A stretch of 64,000 nucleotides of DNA from Bacteroidota bacterium (lineage in GTDB: Bacteria > Bacteroidota > Bacteroidia > Flavobacteriales_F > PHOS-HE28), in contig JACTMO010000053.1 in NCBI GenBank assembly GCA_014584605.1, forward strand, positions 25,792 to 89,791. Reading direction: 5' to 3'. The notes under the pieces were generated by a model, which ran no database searches, was not told where the DNA came from, and saw only the letters and a program-made list of their open reading frames with translations. Shown here one piece after another: positions 28,545-39,442 of the stretch. The translations under genes and the position numbers were made by a program. Numbering within the stretch: position 1 is the first letter of the stretch; the number at the start of each line of letters is the position of its first letter.

Positions 28545-30461
28545 ATGTCGTGGCGCTTTGCGGACCTGCGGGTGCGCACCAAGCTGCTGATCACCCTGGG
28601 CATCCCGGTGGCGGGCCTGGTGCTGCTGATCGCCAAGCAGGTGGACGGCAGCCTCAAGCGGCGCGATGTGCTGAGCTACATCAACCTGCAGGCGCGCAAC
28701 ATCGGGCGGTTGAGCAGCCTGTTGCACGAGCTTCAGGAGGAGAACGCGGCGGCCATGGCCTACCTGTCGGGCGTGCAGGAGAACCAGGCGCGGCTGGCGC
28801 TGCAGTACGTCCGCACCGACGGGGCGGCGGACGCCCTCGACGATCCGGAGCTGGTGCTGGGCCAGGATGTGGAGGGCGCGGCCTCGCTCGCGGGCCTGGG
28901 CCTGCTGCGCCAGCGGATACAGGAGCGGCGGATCTCCAGTGCCGACGCGGACATGGCCTACCGCACCATGCGCGCCGCCCTGCTCAACGACCTGAGCCGC
29001 GTGGCCAAGCTGGCGTTGGACCCCGAGACCAAGGACCGCCTGTACTCACACCTCAGCCTGCTGAACGCGATCGATGCCCAGGCGGGGGTGTGCATCACCC
29101 TGGGGCGCGGCTTCGGCAAGGGCTGGCTGGCGATGGCCGAACTGGGTGCGGTGGGGGATGCCCTGGCGCGCTACGCCACCAACCTGTACCTCTTCGAGCG
29201 CGACGCGCCCGCCGAGGTGCTGGCGGCCTACCAGCGGACCTTCCAGGGCCCCGAGGTCAACTTCGTGCGCACCGTCATGGGCACCGTGCAGGAGAAACGG
29301 GCGCTGGAGGGCCTCAACGTGGACCCTGCGGAGTGGCGCACCAGCAGCGATCGGGCCGTGACCCTGCTGAACACGGTGGCCGCCTTGTCCCTCGCCCGGA
29401 TCGTGGAGTCCACCGAGGTCAACCGGCGCGACGCCGAGCGGCGGCTCGGACTGGTGGTCGCGGCCTTCTTCGGGGTGCTGGTGGCGGTGGTGGCCATGGC
29501 CTGGGCGCTGCTGCAGGGCATGCAGCGCACCGTGAACGAGGTGACCCGGGCGGCGGGCGCCCTGGCCGAAGGGGACATCCGCGCGAAGGTGCCCGTGACC
29601 AGCAACGACGAGTTCGGCAGGATGGCCCGCAGCTTCAACCGCATGATCGAGAACGTGGGCGCCTTGAGCGCCAGCGCCGAGGCCATCGGCAAGGGCAACT
29701 ACGGCACGGTGGTGCCGGTGCGCGGCGCCGCCGACGTGCTGGGCGTGGCGTTGACCCGCATGAAGGAGAACCTGCGCACGGCCCGCGACCTGGATGCCGA
29801 GCAGAAGAAAGCCCTCGAGGAGGAGAAGGCCAAGCTGCAGCAGGCCAACGACCGCATCAACGTGCTCATCAAGGAGATCCACCACCGGGTGAAGAACAAC
29901 CTGCAGGTGATCGCCAGCCTGCTGCGCCTGCAGCGCGCCACCATCGACGACGAGCGGCTGCAGCATGTGTTCGACCAGAGCCAGAGCCGGGTGGCGTCCA
30001 TGGCCCTGATCCACGAGAAGCTCTACCGCGGCGACGAGCTGGTGCATCTGGACCTGGCCCAGTACATCCGGGAGCTGTTCGCCGAGCTGGTGCAGCTGAA
30101 CAACGTGCGCGACACGATCACCTACAAGGCCGAGGTGGACCCCGGGGTCACCTTCGACCTCACCACCATGGTGCCGTTGGGGCTGGTGCTCAACGAGCTC
30201 ATCACCAACTCGTTCAAGCACGCCTTCAAGGACCGGCCTGCGGGCCGGATCGTGCTGGCCGTCCGGCGGGTGGGCGAGCAGGCCTTCGACCTGCTCTATA
30301 CCGACGACGGGGTGGGCATCCCGCCGCACCGGATCGGGGGCGACGGCAGCACCCTGGGGGTGAGCCTGATCGAGAGCCTCGTGGAACAGATGAACGGCCT
30401 GCTCACGGTGGAGAGCGATGCCGGGGGCACGCGGTACCACATCCGCTTCCGGCCGCGGTAG
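28545..30461 (+). CDS. Membrane sensor histidine kinase: NIT-like periplasmic domain, HAMP, HisKA_2
   Basis: [13 protein letters not shown]...AYLSG (NIT-like)-TM; two HAMP-like segments ([13 protein letters not shown]); [11 protein letters not shown] and [10 protein letters not shown] motifs. Confidence 0.85.
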   Translation: MSWRFADLRVRTKLLITLGIPVAGLVLLIAKQVDGSLKRRDVLSYINLQARNIGRLSSLLHELQEENAAAMAYLSGVQENQARLALQYVRTDGAADALDDPELVLGQDVEGAASLAGLGLLRQRIQERRISSADADMAYRTMRAALLNDLSRVAKLALDPETKDRLYSHLSLLNAIDAQAGVCITLGRGFGKGWLAMAELGAVGDALARYATNLYLFERDAPAEVLAAYQRTFQGPEVNFVRTVMGTVQEKRALEGLNVDPAEWRTSSDRAVTLLNTVAALSLARIVESTEVNRRDAERRLGLVVAAFFGVLVAVVAMAWALLQGMQRTVNEVTRAAGALAEGDIRAKVPVTSNDEFGRMARSFNRMIENVGALSASAEAIGKGNYGTVVPVRGAADVLGVALTRMKENLRTARDLDAEQKKALEEEKAKLQQANDRINVLIKEIHHRVKNNLQVIASLLRLQRATIDDERLQHVFDQSQSRVASMALIHEKLYRGDELVHLDLAQYIRELFAELVQLNNVRDTITYKAEVDPGVTFDLTTMVPLGLVLNELITNSFKHAFKDRPAGRIVLAVRRVGEQAFDLLYTDDGVGIPPHRIGGDGSTLGVSLIESLVEQMNGLLTVESDAGGTRYHIRFRPR

Positions 30462-30465
30462 GGCC

Positions 30466-31218
30466 TCAGCCCTGGGCCAGCTCGGCCTCCACCTCGTCGG
30501 TGAGCTCCATGTTGTGGAAGACGGCGTTGACGTCGTCGTCCTCCTCCAGCATGTCGATCAGCCGCATCACGTTGCGCGCCGTGGCCAGGTCCACCGGGAT
30601 GGTGGTCAGGGGCAGGCGCTTGAGCTCGGCGCTCTTGCTTTCCACGCCCAGCTGGTCCAGCCGTTGTTGCATGGCGCCGAAGCCCTGGAAGGGCACGTAC
30701 ACCACGAAGCCCTCCTCGTCGCGCAGCACATCGTCGGCCCCCGCGTCGATCAGCTCCATCTCGAACTCGTCGGCATCGCGCCCCTTGAGCGCGGCCGCTT
30801 CGATGACGAACTCTCCCTTGCGCTCGAACACGTGGGCCAGCGAGCCGTTGGTGCCCAGGTTGCTGTCGCACTTGCTGAAGTAGCTGCGCACGTTGCCCAC
30901 CGTCCGGTTCACGTTGTTGGTGCTGGCGTCCACGAAGAGGGCCACCCCGCCGGGCGCGTAGCCCTCATAGGTGACCTCGGTGTAGTCCGCCTCGCCACCC
31001 CCGGCCGCCTTTTTGATGGCGCGCTCGATGTTGTCCTTGGGCATGTTGGCCCCGCGGGCGTTCTGGATGGCCATGCGCAGCCGCATGTTGGCCTCCGGGC
31101 TGGGGCCTCCGGCCTTCACGGCCATGGAGATCTCCTTGCCGATGCGGGTGAAGAGCTTGCTCAGCTTGGCGTTGCGCGCGAAGATCTTGTGCTTGCGTTT
31201 CTCGAAGATGCGGCCCAT
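30466..31218 (-). CDS. yebC: YebC/PmpR family protein
   Basis: MGRIFEKRK, NMPKDNIERAIKKA, YEGYAPGG and EEDDDVNAVFHN motifs. Confidence 0.95.
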   Translation of the reverse strand: MGRIFEKRKHKIFARNAKLSKLFTRIGKEISMAVKAGGPSPEANMRLRMAIQNARGANMPKDNIERAIKKAAGGGEADYTEVTYEGYAPGGVALFVDASTNNVNRTVGNVRSYFSKCDSNLGTNGSLAHVFERKGEFVIEAAALKGRDADEFEMELIDAGADDVLRDEEGFVVYVPFQGFGAMQQRLDQLGVESKSAELKRLPLTTIPVDLATARNVMRLIDMLEEDDDVNAVFHNMELTDEVEAELAQG

Positions 31219-31499
31219 GGTGCGGTGATGGATGAGGCGTGTAACGCACGTGCACGTGCGCACAAAGGGTCGCAAAGTTAGGAACGACCCCACGAACCCC
31301 GGGCCGCAGCCCAGGGCAAGGACCCTTGCGGACACCCGGACCGATGATGGCGATCACGAGGGCTTGCGGGACCGGCCGTACCCCGCACCACAAGGACCAT
31401 GCTGACCGGCAAGGGCACGTTGACCACGAATGCGAAGCAGCTCATTCATGGCAATATGGGCTTACTATTACGGTACCGAAAGGCCAACACCATCCGCCG

Positions 31500-33197
31500 A
31501 TGCGTGCAAAGGGTGTGAGCTTGCTGTTGCCTCTGGTCGTAGCGGTACTGCATGCCACGGCCCAGGACCTCGCCACGCTGGGCCAGCAGGATAACTTCCG
31601 CCTGAGCGCGGGTCTGCAGGCGCAGTTCACGTTCTACCAGGCGCACGGCATCGATCCGCGGCGCACGCCCTGGTCCTGGTCGCTCAGCGGCACGCCCACG
31701 GCCACCATCGCCGGGGTGGACCTGCCCTTCCTGCTGGTGATCGGCGACCAGCAGCGCTCGTTCCAGCAGCCCTTCAACCAGTTCGGCATCAGCCCCAAAT
31801 ACAAATGGGCCAAGCTGCACCTGGGCTATCAGGACGTCAGCTTCTCCAAGTTCACCATGGCGGGCTATCGCGCGCTGATGGCCGGCGTGGAGCTGAACCC
31901 GGGGAAGTTCCGCTTCGGCTTCCTCTACGGCCGCTTCCAGAAGGCCGTGGAAGAGGACACCACCGCGGTGTACGACCCCTCGAAGTTCATCAGCGACGTG
32001 CCCGTGGCGGCCTATGAGCGCAAGGGCTTCGCGGTGAAGGTGGGCGTGGGCACCGAGGAGGAGCACGTGGACCTGGTGCTGCTGCGCGCCAAGGACGACC
32101 CGCGCTCCATCCGGCGGCCGGTGCGTACCGCCCTGGCCCCTGCGGGGAACCTGGTGGCCGGGCTGAAGGGCCGGGTGAAGCTGGCCAAGGCCCTGCATTG
32201 GGACTTCGATGTGGCGGCCAGCGAGTACGTGCGTGACGTGGAGGCCCCGGCGCTCACCGGCGATGCCGGGCCCATCACCACGGCCTTGTCCGGCATTTTG
32301 GGGCCGAACACCAGCAGCCAGAGCCTGATGGCCTTGGAGACCGGCCTGCAGCTGAAGCGCAAGCGCGCCCGCTACAAACTCACCTACCGCAGGGTGGACC
32401 CCGACTTCAAGAGCATGGGTGCCTACTACCTGCAGACCGATGTGGAGCAGGTGACCGGCACGGTGACGGCCACCCTGCTCAAGGGCAGGCTCAGCACCAA
32501 CCTCACCGCGGGCTGGCAGCACAACAACCTGAAGAAGCTGCGGGAGTCCACGGCACGGCGCATCATCGGCAACCTGAGCCTGAACTATACCGCCAAGAAG
32601 GTCTTCGGCTGCCTGGTGAACTACACCAACTTCGGCATCACACAGACGCCGGAACGCCGCAGCGTGAACGATACCACCCTGCTGGAGCAGGTGAGCCAGA
32701 ACCTGCTGGTGCAGCCGCGTGCCCGCTTCGCCGCAGCCAATGGCGGCCACATGGCCACATACACGTTCAACTATTTCGCGCTCAGCGACCGCAGTGAGAA
32801 CGCCTTCAGCAGCGCCCAGCTCACCGGCTTCCACAACGACCTGGCCTACACGCGCAACTGGAAGCGGGCACAGGCCATGCTCGGCGGCGGGTTGATCTGG
32901 CGCCGTACGGAGAACTTCATCGGGCGCATGGAAAGCCGGGGCGTACATGCCGAGGCCGGCCGCGCCTGGCTGAAGAAGGACCGCCTGCGCACCGAGCTGC
33001 GCACCAGCTTTCTGGCCAACACGCTGCCCGCCGGTGGCGACGGCAGTACCTGGCAGCTGGACCTGCGCGCCACCTGGCAACTGGACAAGCTCGCCATCTC
33101 GCTCACCGTGGGCCATCAGGAAAACCGGAGCCGTGATGCCACCGTGCCCTCCTTCACCGAGGACCTGGGGCAGCTCGGCGTCAATTACCGCTTCTGA
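31500..33197 (+). CDS. Outer-membrane beta-barrel protein
   Basis: Signal peptide ending in AQ; alternating amphipathic strands; C-terminal GVNYRF beta-signal. Confidence 0.8.
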   Translation: MRAKGVSLLLPLVVAVLHATAQDLATLGQQDNFRLSAGLQAQFTFYQAHGIDPRRTPWSWSLSGTPTATIAGVDLPFLLVIGDQQRSFQQPFNQFGISPKYKWAKLHLGYQDVSFSKFTMAGYRALMAGVELNPGKFRFGFLYGRFQKAVEEDTTAVYDPSKFISDVPVAAYERKGFAVKVGVGTEEEHVDLVLLRAKDDPRSIRRPVRTALAPAGNLVAGLKGRVKLAKALHWDFDVAASEYVRDVEAPALTGDAGPITTALSGILGPNTSSQSLMALETGLQLKRKRARYKLTYRRVDPDFKSMGAYYLQTDVEQVTGTVTATLLKGRLSTNLTAGWQHNNLKKLRESTARRIIGNLSLNYTAKKVFGCLVNYTNFGITQTPERRSVNDTTLLEQVSQNLLVQPRARFAAANGGHMATYTFNYFALSDRSENAFSSAQLTGFHNDLAYTRNWKRAQAMLGGGLIWRRTENFIGRMESRGVHAEAGRAWLKKDRLRTELRTSFLANTLPAGGDGSTWQLDLRATWQLDKLAISLTVGHQENRSRDATVPSFTEDLGQLGVNYRF

Positions 33198-33199
33198 CC

Positions 33200-36100
33200 A
33201 TGAGACACAGGATCCCCTCCTTGATCGCCACGGCCCTGGTCACTGCCGCTGCCATTGCACAGGCGCAGGTCTCGGTGATGCCCGTGATCACGCCGCCCTA
33301 CAGCACCCACCTCAGCGACTACCAGGGCGCGCTGATCGTGAACCTCACCAACACCACCAACGAGCAGGTGGCCTTGAAGCTGATCGGCACCCTCACCGGC
33401 GACAACGGTTGCAGCGGCCACACACGCAGCACCTACGCGCCCCCGGCACCGGTGGTGCTGGGCCCGCTGGAGACCCGCGTGCTGCAGGCCAATTCACAGG
33501 CGCTGGACTTCATCGACCGCAACAACTTCGAGGTCAACGCGCCGCAGCAGGTGCAGAACGCCGTGATCCAGACGGGCATCCTGCCGGAGGGTAATTACGA
33601 GCTCTGCGTGCAGGCCGTGGACTACCAGACGGGCGAGCCCTTGTCCGCCGAGGCGCCCGCGGGCTGTCTCTTCTTCCTCATCACCTACGCCCAGCCGCCG
33701 GTGCTCACCTTCCCCTGGTGCGACGGCACCGTGGGCGATCCCTGGCCGGTGTTCACCTGGAGCCCGCCGGTGGGTGCCATCAACATGGCCAACGTGCGCT
33801 ACGACCTCTACGTGCTGGAGGTGCTGCCTGGGCAGAACCCCGCGAACGCGATGATGCTGGCCATGGACGGCGTGGCCGGCAACCCCATGGTGCGCACGGA
33901 CCTGATGGTGCCTTCCTATCCGTGGCAGCCCTACGATCCACCCTTGAAGGAGAACACCCTCTATGCCGTGGGCGTGGTGGCTCGCGACGTGACGGAAAGC
34001 GTCCTCTTCGAGAACCGGGGGCGGAGCGAGGTGTGCACCTTCACCATCCAACCGCCGACCCCGACCACCGGCACGGGCGCCCCCGTTACCGATCAGGGCA
34101 TCAGCACGGTTGTCCCGGCGATCACCTTGCCCATCGGGCCGTTGCCGGATACCCATGTGAAGGGGCGATTGCTGTACCGCTTCAAGGAAAGCACGCGCCC
34201 GGGCTGTGATCCGGCGGGGCCGCTTTCGATCGCCCACATGGACGGCGTCGTCCTTTCACCGGTGAATGCAACGGGCCTGGTCGGCCTTTCCCCATCCGGC
34301 GGTACTGCGCCATCCGGCGGTACCAACGCGGCCATCACCGGGCCGTTGATCAACACCCTGGGTGCGGGTCCGGCCAGTGGCACCTTTACCATCGGCGGGT
34401 TCATGGACGCCTTCAACCAATCCGGTGGCTCCATCGGTTACAGCATGGGCGAGAGCATGAATGCGCCGGCCGGTTTGGAATTGGCCAGCTTGTTTCCGGA
34501 GGAGAAGTGGAAGGACCCCTTCCCGGTGAGCACCACCGGTGCGAAGCCGCTGAAGAACATCCCCATCAAACTGGTGGAACGCGTGGTGCTCACCGGAGTG
34601 ACCGTGTACCAGGGCAAAGGCCAGCAGACGCAATATGACCGCTTGATCCTCGGTGTGGATTCCCTGCCTTTCATAGGGGGTGCGCTCACCGGCCAGCAGG
34701 GCGAGGCGGTGGAATGGCACTACGGCAAGGTGGTGGCCACGGGAACCACCGACGGCAACGGTCATTTCGACCTCTTCTACCACCAGCCCAGCTACACGGG
34801 CATCTTCCTGGGCAGCTCATCGGCGGGGATCAACAGCCTGATCATCGACCCCATCAGCCAGGAGCCGATCATGATGGGCGCCATCGATGCCTATAACAGC
34901 TCCAAGGTGCTGATGATCGAGGTGGCCTCGCCCTACTACTGCAGCCCCGACCTGGAGATCTATGCCCAGCCCGGCGATGTGGTGGACCTGCCCGAACAGG
35001 CATGCTATGTGCGCAGCTACGACCTGAAGGTGAGCGTGCGCCAGGGCGATTGCGCCATGCAGATGGGCGGCACCGGGTCGCCGATGGGGAACGTGCAGGT
35101 GAGCGTGATGCGCCCTGCGGACCATGCCTCCGAGGAGATCCCGGATGACGAGGGCCAACATCTGGACCAAAGCATGCCGATGCCGGGCCTGGGCGATGTG
35201 CCGCTGATCGCCCGCTGCGCCACCAAGTCCGGCGACGGCAGCGCGCTCTTCCACAACATGGTGGTGCACAGTAACGCCGCTCCCGACGATTATCTGCTGG
35301 ACTGCCGCACCAGCACCGAACGCGGGCTTTACCACTACCTGTCGTGGAACAAGGCCTGGCCCAACTGGTACGGCCAGCCGCCCGTGGTGCTCCACGGCGC
35401 ACGCAGCCCGCTGAACAGCCAGCTGGGCGACATCCCCGTGTACGAGGTGCCCGTGGACCTGGTGCCGCTGCAGCCCCGCGTGATGGGCCGCGTGATGGTC
35501 TCCGCCACCGAGCCGCTGCCCAATGCCAAGGTCACCCTGAAGCTGGCCTATGATGAGGCACCGGGCAACGTGTCCCCGGTGATCGTGGGCTGCGACCAGA
35601 ACACCGGGGCCGCCGACTTCACCTACCTGGAGTACACGCGGCTCACCGATCCGAACGGCTTCTTCGATTTCACCGGCATCCTGGTGAAGGGCTCGGAAGA
35701 CGGCATGTTCTTCCTGGGCCCTCACGCCAGCATCATCGTGAGCAAGCCGGGCTATTGGCCTGCCGTGCGGCCCTTGGCCGGTGAACCACCCGGCGTGCCA
35801 CCCGGGCAGGTGAACAACAGCAACCCCGCAAGCCCCAAGGTGGACCTGAAGATGGGCCTGCAGTGGGACATGACCAGCGGCATCCTGATGAAGCCCGTGG
35901 GCTGGGTGAAGGGCCTGATCCAGGATGAGGAAGGCGAACCGGTGCGTTGCGACGTGCAGGTGGGTGACGGGCCGTGGGGCCGTTCGGAACTGATGATCGA
36001 AGTGGTGGGCAGCGCAAGCAGTGGTCAGTCGCAATCGGGTGGAAATACGAGCACACCGCAGATCCAGATGGGGGACCCGATCATCCCTTGGTTCTTCCAG

Positions 36101-39100
36101 GTTCCCGGTGCGGGCGGCGGCGGGCAGACCGTGCAACAGGGGGCACCACTGGGGCAAGCCCAGGTACTGCCACCCGCCCCGCCGGTCCAGATCGGCTCCA
36201 TCATGACCTACAAGGCCACGGAGCAGTTCATGGTGCATGGCCCTTCCGGCATGCAGCAGGTGAAGCTGGTGCCGCTCAGCGACCAGTATTTCCCGCTCAC
36301 CGTGACGCGCAACGTGCCGTTCCCGGTGGGTGATCAACCCGTGGACCTCGGCGCGTTCACCGTGAAGGAGAAGCGCCACCGCCTCCGCGTGAAGCTCATT
36401 TCGCCATTGGGGCCCGTGGCCGGTGCGGTGGTGCGCGTGGATGACCGCCAACAGGTATCCGGCAGCGACGGCATCGCCTACTTCGAGTTCCTCTCCGCCG
36501 CCTCCGAATTCCGCTTGCGCGTGCAGCCGTCCGGAAGCCTGATCCCGGTGGACCGCATCATCGTGAATGAGGTGTCGCCCGAACCCGTGACGCTGGAGCA
36601 GTACGTGGAAAGCGGCACCCAGCTCATCGGTCATGTGGTGTCCATTCCCGGCAACGTGCCGGTGCCCGGTGCGCGGGTGTGGGTGGAGACCGGCAGCGAT
36701 CAATACGGCCCGCAGATCAACCAGACCACTTCCGATGCCGAGGGCAACTTCACGCTGTCCGGCGTGCCCATGGGGCCGATCACGGTGAATGCCGCCAAGT
36801 CGGACCCCCAGGATAGCTACATCGGCACATCGCAGCAAGTCACCTACATGATGGTGCCCGGCCTGCCACCGGACTTCGGCATGGTGCCCAAGATGCCCGA
36901 GGTGACGCTGGAGATGCAACGCGTGGACGACCTGGACCTCACCACCCTGCTCGGCTTCCCGGTGGAGGTGACCGCACGGACCAAGAACAACGACGGCAGC
37001 TCCACCATCAGCGGGGCCTTCGTCAACCTGCCGGCCAACCCCAACTTCCGCCTGTACGATCCCGCGCAGCGCATCCTCTTCAGCGCCATCATCGTGGACC
37101 CCGGCCCGCCCGGCCCCGGCGGCAAGCCGCGCGCCGTGCCCCGCGACGGAAAGGTGGTGACGGACATGGCGCAGGTACCGCTCGGGCTTTACACCGACCT
37201 GCGGGCCAGCCTGAAGGGCCTGCCCTTCTCCTTCTTCCCGGGGCGCGTGGAAGTGCATGGCACACCCGGCGGTGGCGAGGTGCGCGGCACGGTGAGCAGC
37301 GAGCTCTCCTCCTTCAACTTCTCCTACGACTTCACCGGCCGCTTCTACCTGGGCGATGGCGCGGAGCAACCCTTGATCACCGCCTTCCGCAACGGCGCAC
37401 CGCTGCCCCAGCGCACCTACAACCTGATGACGCTGGCCTACGGCGGCGGCATGTTCGGCACCTGGCAGCCGTCGGACGCGCAGTTCTCCCTCCGCGGCTT
37501 CCCCGCCCGCAGCGACCGCACGCGCTCGGTGGTGGAGCCCGACGTGTTCCGCATCGCCACGGTGATCCAGGTGAAGGATGTGCCCGACATCACCCCGGCC
37601 GTGCTGGACCTGGACGTGGGCGAGATCCGCGTGAACGCCACCACCATCGAGGGCATCCAGGGCGGCGGCAGCACGCTCAACTTCAAGCTCAACGACTGGA
37701 GCTTCAGCGCCACCAGCCCGTGGACCTTCAACAACGAACTGGCCGCCATCGTGATCCCCAGCGGCGTGCTGGACATGAAGCTGGCCAAGGCCGACATGAG
37801 CCAGGTGATGATCCGCCCCAATGCGCTGGAGATGGCCGCGAAGAACCTGGGCGAGGTGCGACTCGGCGGCGTGGCCCCGCTGCAGCCCGCACCGGGCACG
37901 GCGTGGACCTTCGGCTATGATCCCGGCTACATCTTCCAGGGCAAGGCCGGTGCCTGGCGCTTCGGCGCGCTCACCGCCGGGTCCGCTTCGGTGGCCACCA
38001 TCCAGGGCCCGCCGCAACTGGTGCCCGCACAGGTGGAACTCTCCAGCTTCTCGCTCTTCAGCCGCGGCATGCCCCTGGCCGAGGTGCGCGCTCGCAGCTA
38101 CCGCTACCAGGACATCGTGGACCTGGTGCCCGTGGGCGCCATGCAGTTCACGCCCGATGGCGTGGACCTGCTGGCCAACTGCTCGCTGGCCATCCACGGG
38201 CTGCCGCAGACCACCGGCTTCTTCAGCTTCTACAAGGAGAACGGCCAGCCCACCAGCCGCCTGAAGCCGCTCGGCGGCACCATCACCACCGGGCGCGGCA
38301 ACGTGTACTTCAAGCTGGACGACCGCATGGCCTCGCAGGAGATCACGCCCGGCCGTTTCACCTGCTACGGCCGCTTCCGCATCGACCCGGGCAATGGCGA
38401 AACCGGCGATCCCGTGTACGCCTACGGCTTCCTGGACCACAAGGCGAGCAACACCTTCATCGACCTGATCCGCGTGGACGCGCAGAACTACAAGGGATCC
38501 ACGCGCCAGGCCATCGCCTTCGGCAGCGACAAGAAGATGCTGCTCAACAGCGGAAGGCAGACCATGGGCAGCAGCCAATGGGACGAGCTTTCCTTCAAGG
38601 GCAACCTGGTGAACATGGAAGGCATCGCCGATGCGCCCGCGAACGAACTCTCCTTCACGGTGAAGGGCGCCGTGAGCCTGCAGGACGGCAAGATCGGCAT
38701 GGACCAGCTGGCCACGCCCTTCGGCAACATGGCCATGAGCTACGATTTCGAGCATGCACGCCTGGTGGGCAGCCTGGACCTGCACAACAACAACTTCGGC
38801 GCGGTGAACATCGTGGATGCGCAGCTCGGCCTGCTGGTGGACAAGGGCGGCTTCCTGGTGAGCTGCTACGATGCGCACGTGATCGTGCCGCCAGTGCCCT
38901 GGCCCCTGCAGGACCACCATCCGGCTTTCCTGATCGGTGCGCACAACAGCATCCCGGACACCCTGCTCGGCAACATGATGGCGAACTTCCGCCTGAAGAG
39001 CCTGCCCGCGCACATGGCCGGCAAGAAGATCCAGGGCCTGTACCTGCAGGATAAACTGAGCCTCGTGGACCTGTCCGTGCCGAGTGTGGACCTGCTGCTG

Positions 39101-39442
39101 TTGGGCGTGGAGGGCCACGCCAGTTGCGCGGTGGAAGGCCGCAATTGGGTGGACCTCAGCGGAAGCATCGGCTTCGGGGGCATGGCCTACGCCGATGCGG
39201 GCCTCAACTTCTGGCTGCTGAGCCCGATCCCCAACTGCGGCAGCCTGGACATCTCGACCAGTGCCTCGGCGCTGTTCGAGGCCTCCCTCCAGAACGGCAG
39301 CTTCGCGCTGGATGCCTGCGGCTCCACCGGCGCCAGCGCCTCCATCTGCGGCGTGGGCGACAGCTACACCTTCACCGTGAAGGCCGGTGTGGGAAGCGGC
39401 GGTTTCACCTTGCAACGGATCGATGGGTCCTGCGGACAATGA
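33200..39442 (+). CDS. 2080-aa exported protein with N-terminal TANFOR-like domain, CarboxypepD_reg-like Ig domains and a beta-rich C-terminus
   Basis: Signal peptide; QVSVMPVITPPYSTHLSDY...LPEGNYELCVQAVDY (TANFOR-like, recognised by eye); GRV...PLPNAKV...TDPNGFF and PVPGARV...SDAEGNFTLSGVP repeats. Confidence 0.75.
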   Translation: MRHRIPSLIATALVTAAAIAQAQVSVMPVITPPYSTHLSDYQGALIVNLTNTTNEQVALKLIGTLTGDNGCSGHTRSTYAPPAPVVLGPLETRVLQANSQALDFIDRNNFEVNAPQQVQNAVIQTGILPEGNYELCVQAVDYQTGEPLSAEAPAGCLFFLITYAQPPVLTFPWCDGTVGDPWPVFTWSPPVGAINMANVRYDLYVLEVLPGQNPANAMMLAMDGVAGNPMVRTDLMVPSYPWQPYDPPLKENTLYAVGVVARDVTESVLFENRGRSEVCTFTIQPPTPTTGTGAPVTDQGISTVVPAITLPIGPLPDTHVKGRLLYRFKESTRPGCDPAGPLSIAHMDGVVLSPVNATGLVGLSPSGGTAPSGGTNAAITGPLINTLGAGPASGTFTIGGFMDAFNQSGGSIGYSMGESMNAPAGLELASLFPEEKWKDPFPVSTTGAKPLKNIPIKLVERVVLTGVTVYQGKGQQTQYDRLILGVDSLPFIGGALTGQQGEAVEWHYGKVVATGTTDGNGHFDLFYHQPSYTGIFLGSSSAGINSLIIDPISQEPIMMGAIDAYNSSKVLMIEVASPYYCSPDLEIYAQPGDVVDLPEQACYVRSYDLKVSVRQGDCAMQMGGTGSPMGNVQVSVMRPADHASEEIPDDEGQHLDQSMPMPGLGDVPLIARCATKSGDGSALFHNMVVHSNAAPDDYLLDCRTSTERGLYHYLSWNKAWPNWYGQPPVVLHGARSPLNSQLGDIPVYEVPVDLVPLQPRVMGRVMVSATEPLPNAKVTLKLAYDEAPGNVSPVIVGCDQNTGAADFTYLEYTRLTDPNGFFDFTGILVKGSEDGMFFLGPHASIIVSKPGYWPAVRPLAGEPPGVPPGQVNNSNPASPKVDLKMGLQWDMTSGILMKPVGWVKGLIQDEEGEPVRCDVQVGDGPWGRSELMIEVVGSASSGQSQSGGNTSTPQIQMGDPIIPWFFQVPGAGGGGQTVQQGAPLGQAQVLPPAPPVQIGSIMTYKATEQFMVHGPSGMQQVKLVPLSDQYFPLTVTRNVPFPVGDQPVDLGAFTVKEKRHRLRVKLISPLGPVAGAVVRVDDRQQVSGSDGIAYFEFLSAASEFRLRVQPSGSLIPVDRIIVNEVSPEPVTLEQYVESGTQLIGHVVSIPGNVPVPGARVWVETGSDQYGPQINQTTSDAEGNFTLSGVPMGPITVNAAKSDPQDSYIGTSQQVTYMMVPGLPPDFGMVPKMPEVTLEMQRVDDLDLTTLLGFPVEVTARTKNNDGSSTISGAFVNLPANPNFRLYDPAQRILFSAIIVDPGPPGPGGKPRAVPRDGKVVTDMAQVPLGLYTDLRASLKGLPFSFFPGRVEVHGTPGGGEVRGTVSSELSSFNFSYDFTGRFYLGDGAEQPLITAFRNGAPLPQRTYNLMTLAYGGGMFGTWQPSDAQFSLRGFPARSDRTRSVVEPDVFRIATVIQVKDVPDITPAVLDLDVGEIRVNATTIEGIQGGGSTLNFKLNDWSFSATSPWTFNNELAAIVIPSGVLDMKLAKADMSQVMIRPNALEMAAKNLGEVRLGGVAPLQPAPGTAWTFGYDPGYIFQGKAGAWRFGALTAGSASVATIQGPPQLVPAQVELSSFSLFSRGMPLAEVRARSYRYQDIVDLVPVGAMQFTPDGVDLLANCSLAIHGLPQTTGFFSFYKENGQPTSRLKPLGGTITTGRGNVYFKLDDRMASQEITPGRFTCYGRFRIDPGNGETGDPVYAYGFLDHKASNTFIDLIRVDAQNYKGSTRQAIAFGSDKKMLLNSGRQTMGSSQWDELSFKGNLVNMEGIADAPANELSFTVKGAVSLQDGKIGMDQLATPFGNMAMSYDFEHARLVGSLDLHNNNFGAVNIVDAQLGLLVDKGGFLVSCYDAHVIVPPVPWPLQDHHPAFLIGAHNSIPDTLLGNMMANFRLKSLPAHMAGKKIQGLYLQDKLSLVDLSVPSVDLLLLGVEGHASCAVEGRNWVDLSGSIGFGGMAYADAGLNFWLLSPIPNCGSLDISTSASALFEASLQNGSFALDACGSTGASASICGVGDSYTFTVKAGVGSGGFTLQRIDGSCGQ

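Noticed and set aside
34290-34325. Short direct repeat CCATCCGGCGGTAC twice in the giant gene
   Set aside because: Encodes a PSGGT low-complexity linker duplication; no evidence of a mobile or regulatory role.
34817-39439. 1540-aa antisense ORF and other long shadow ORFs (e.g. 19642-21957, 5271-7349, 28520-30883)
   Set aside because: They lie opposite to, or overlap in another frame, well-supported genes; long stop-free shadow frames are expected in high-GC coding DNA, and the translations have no motifs.
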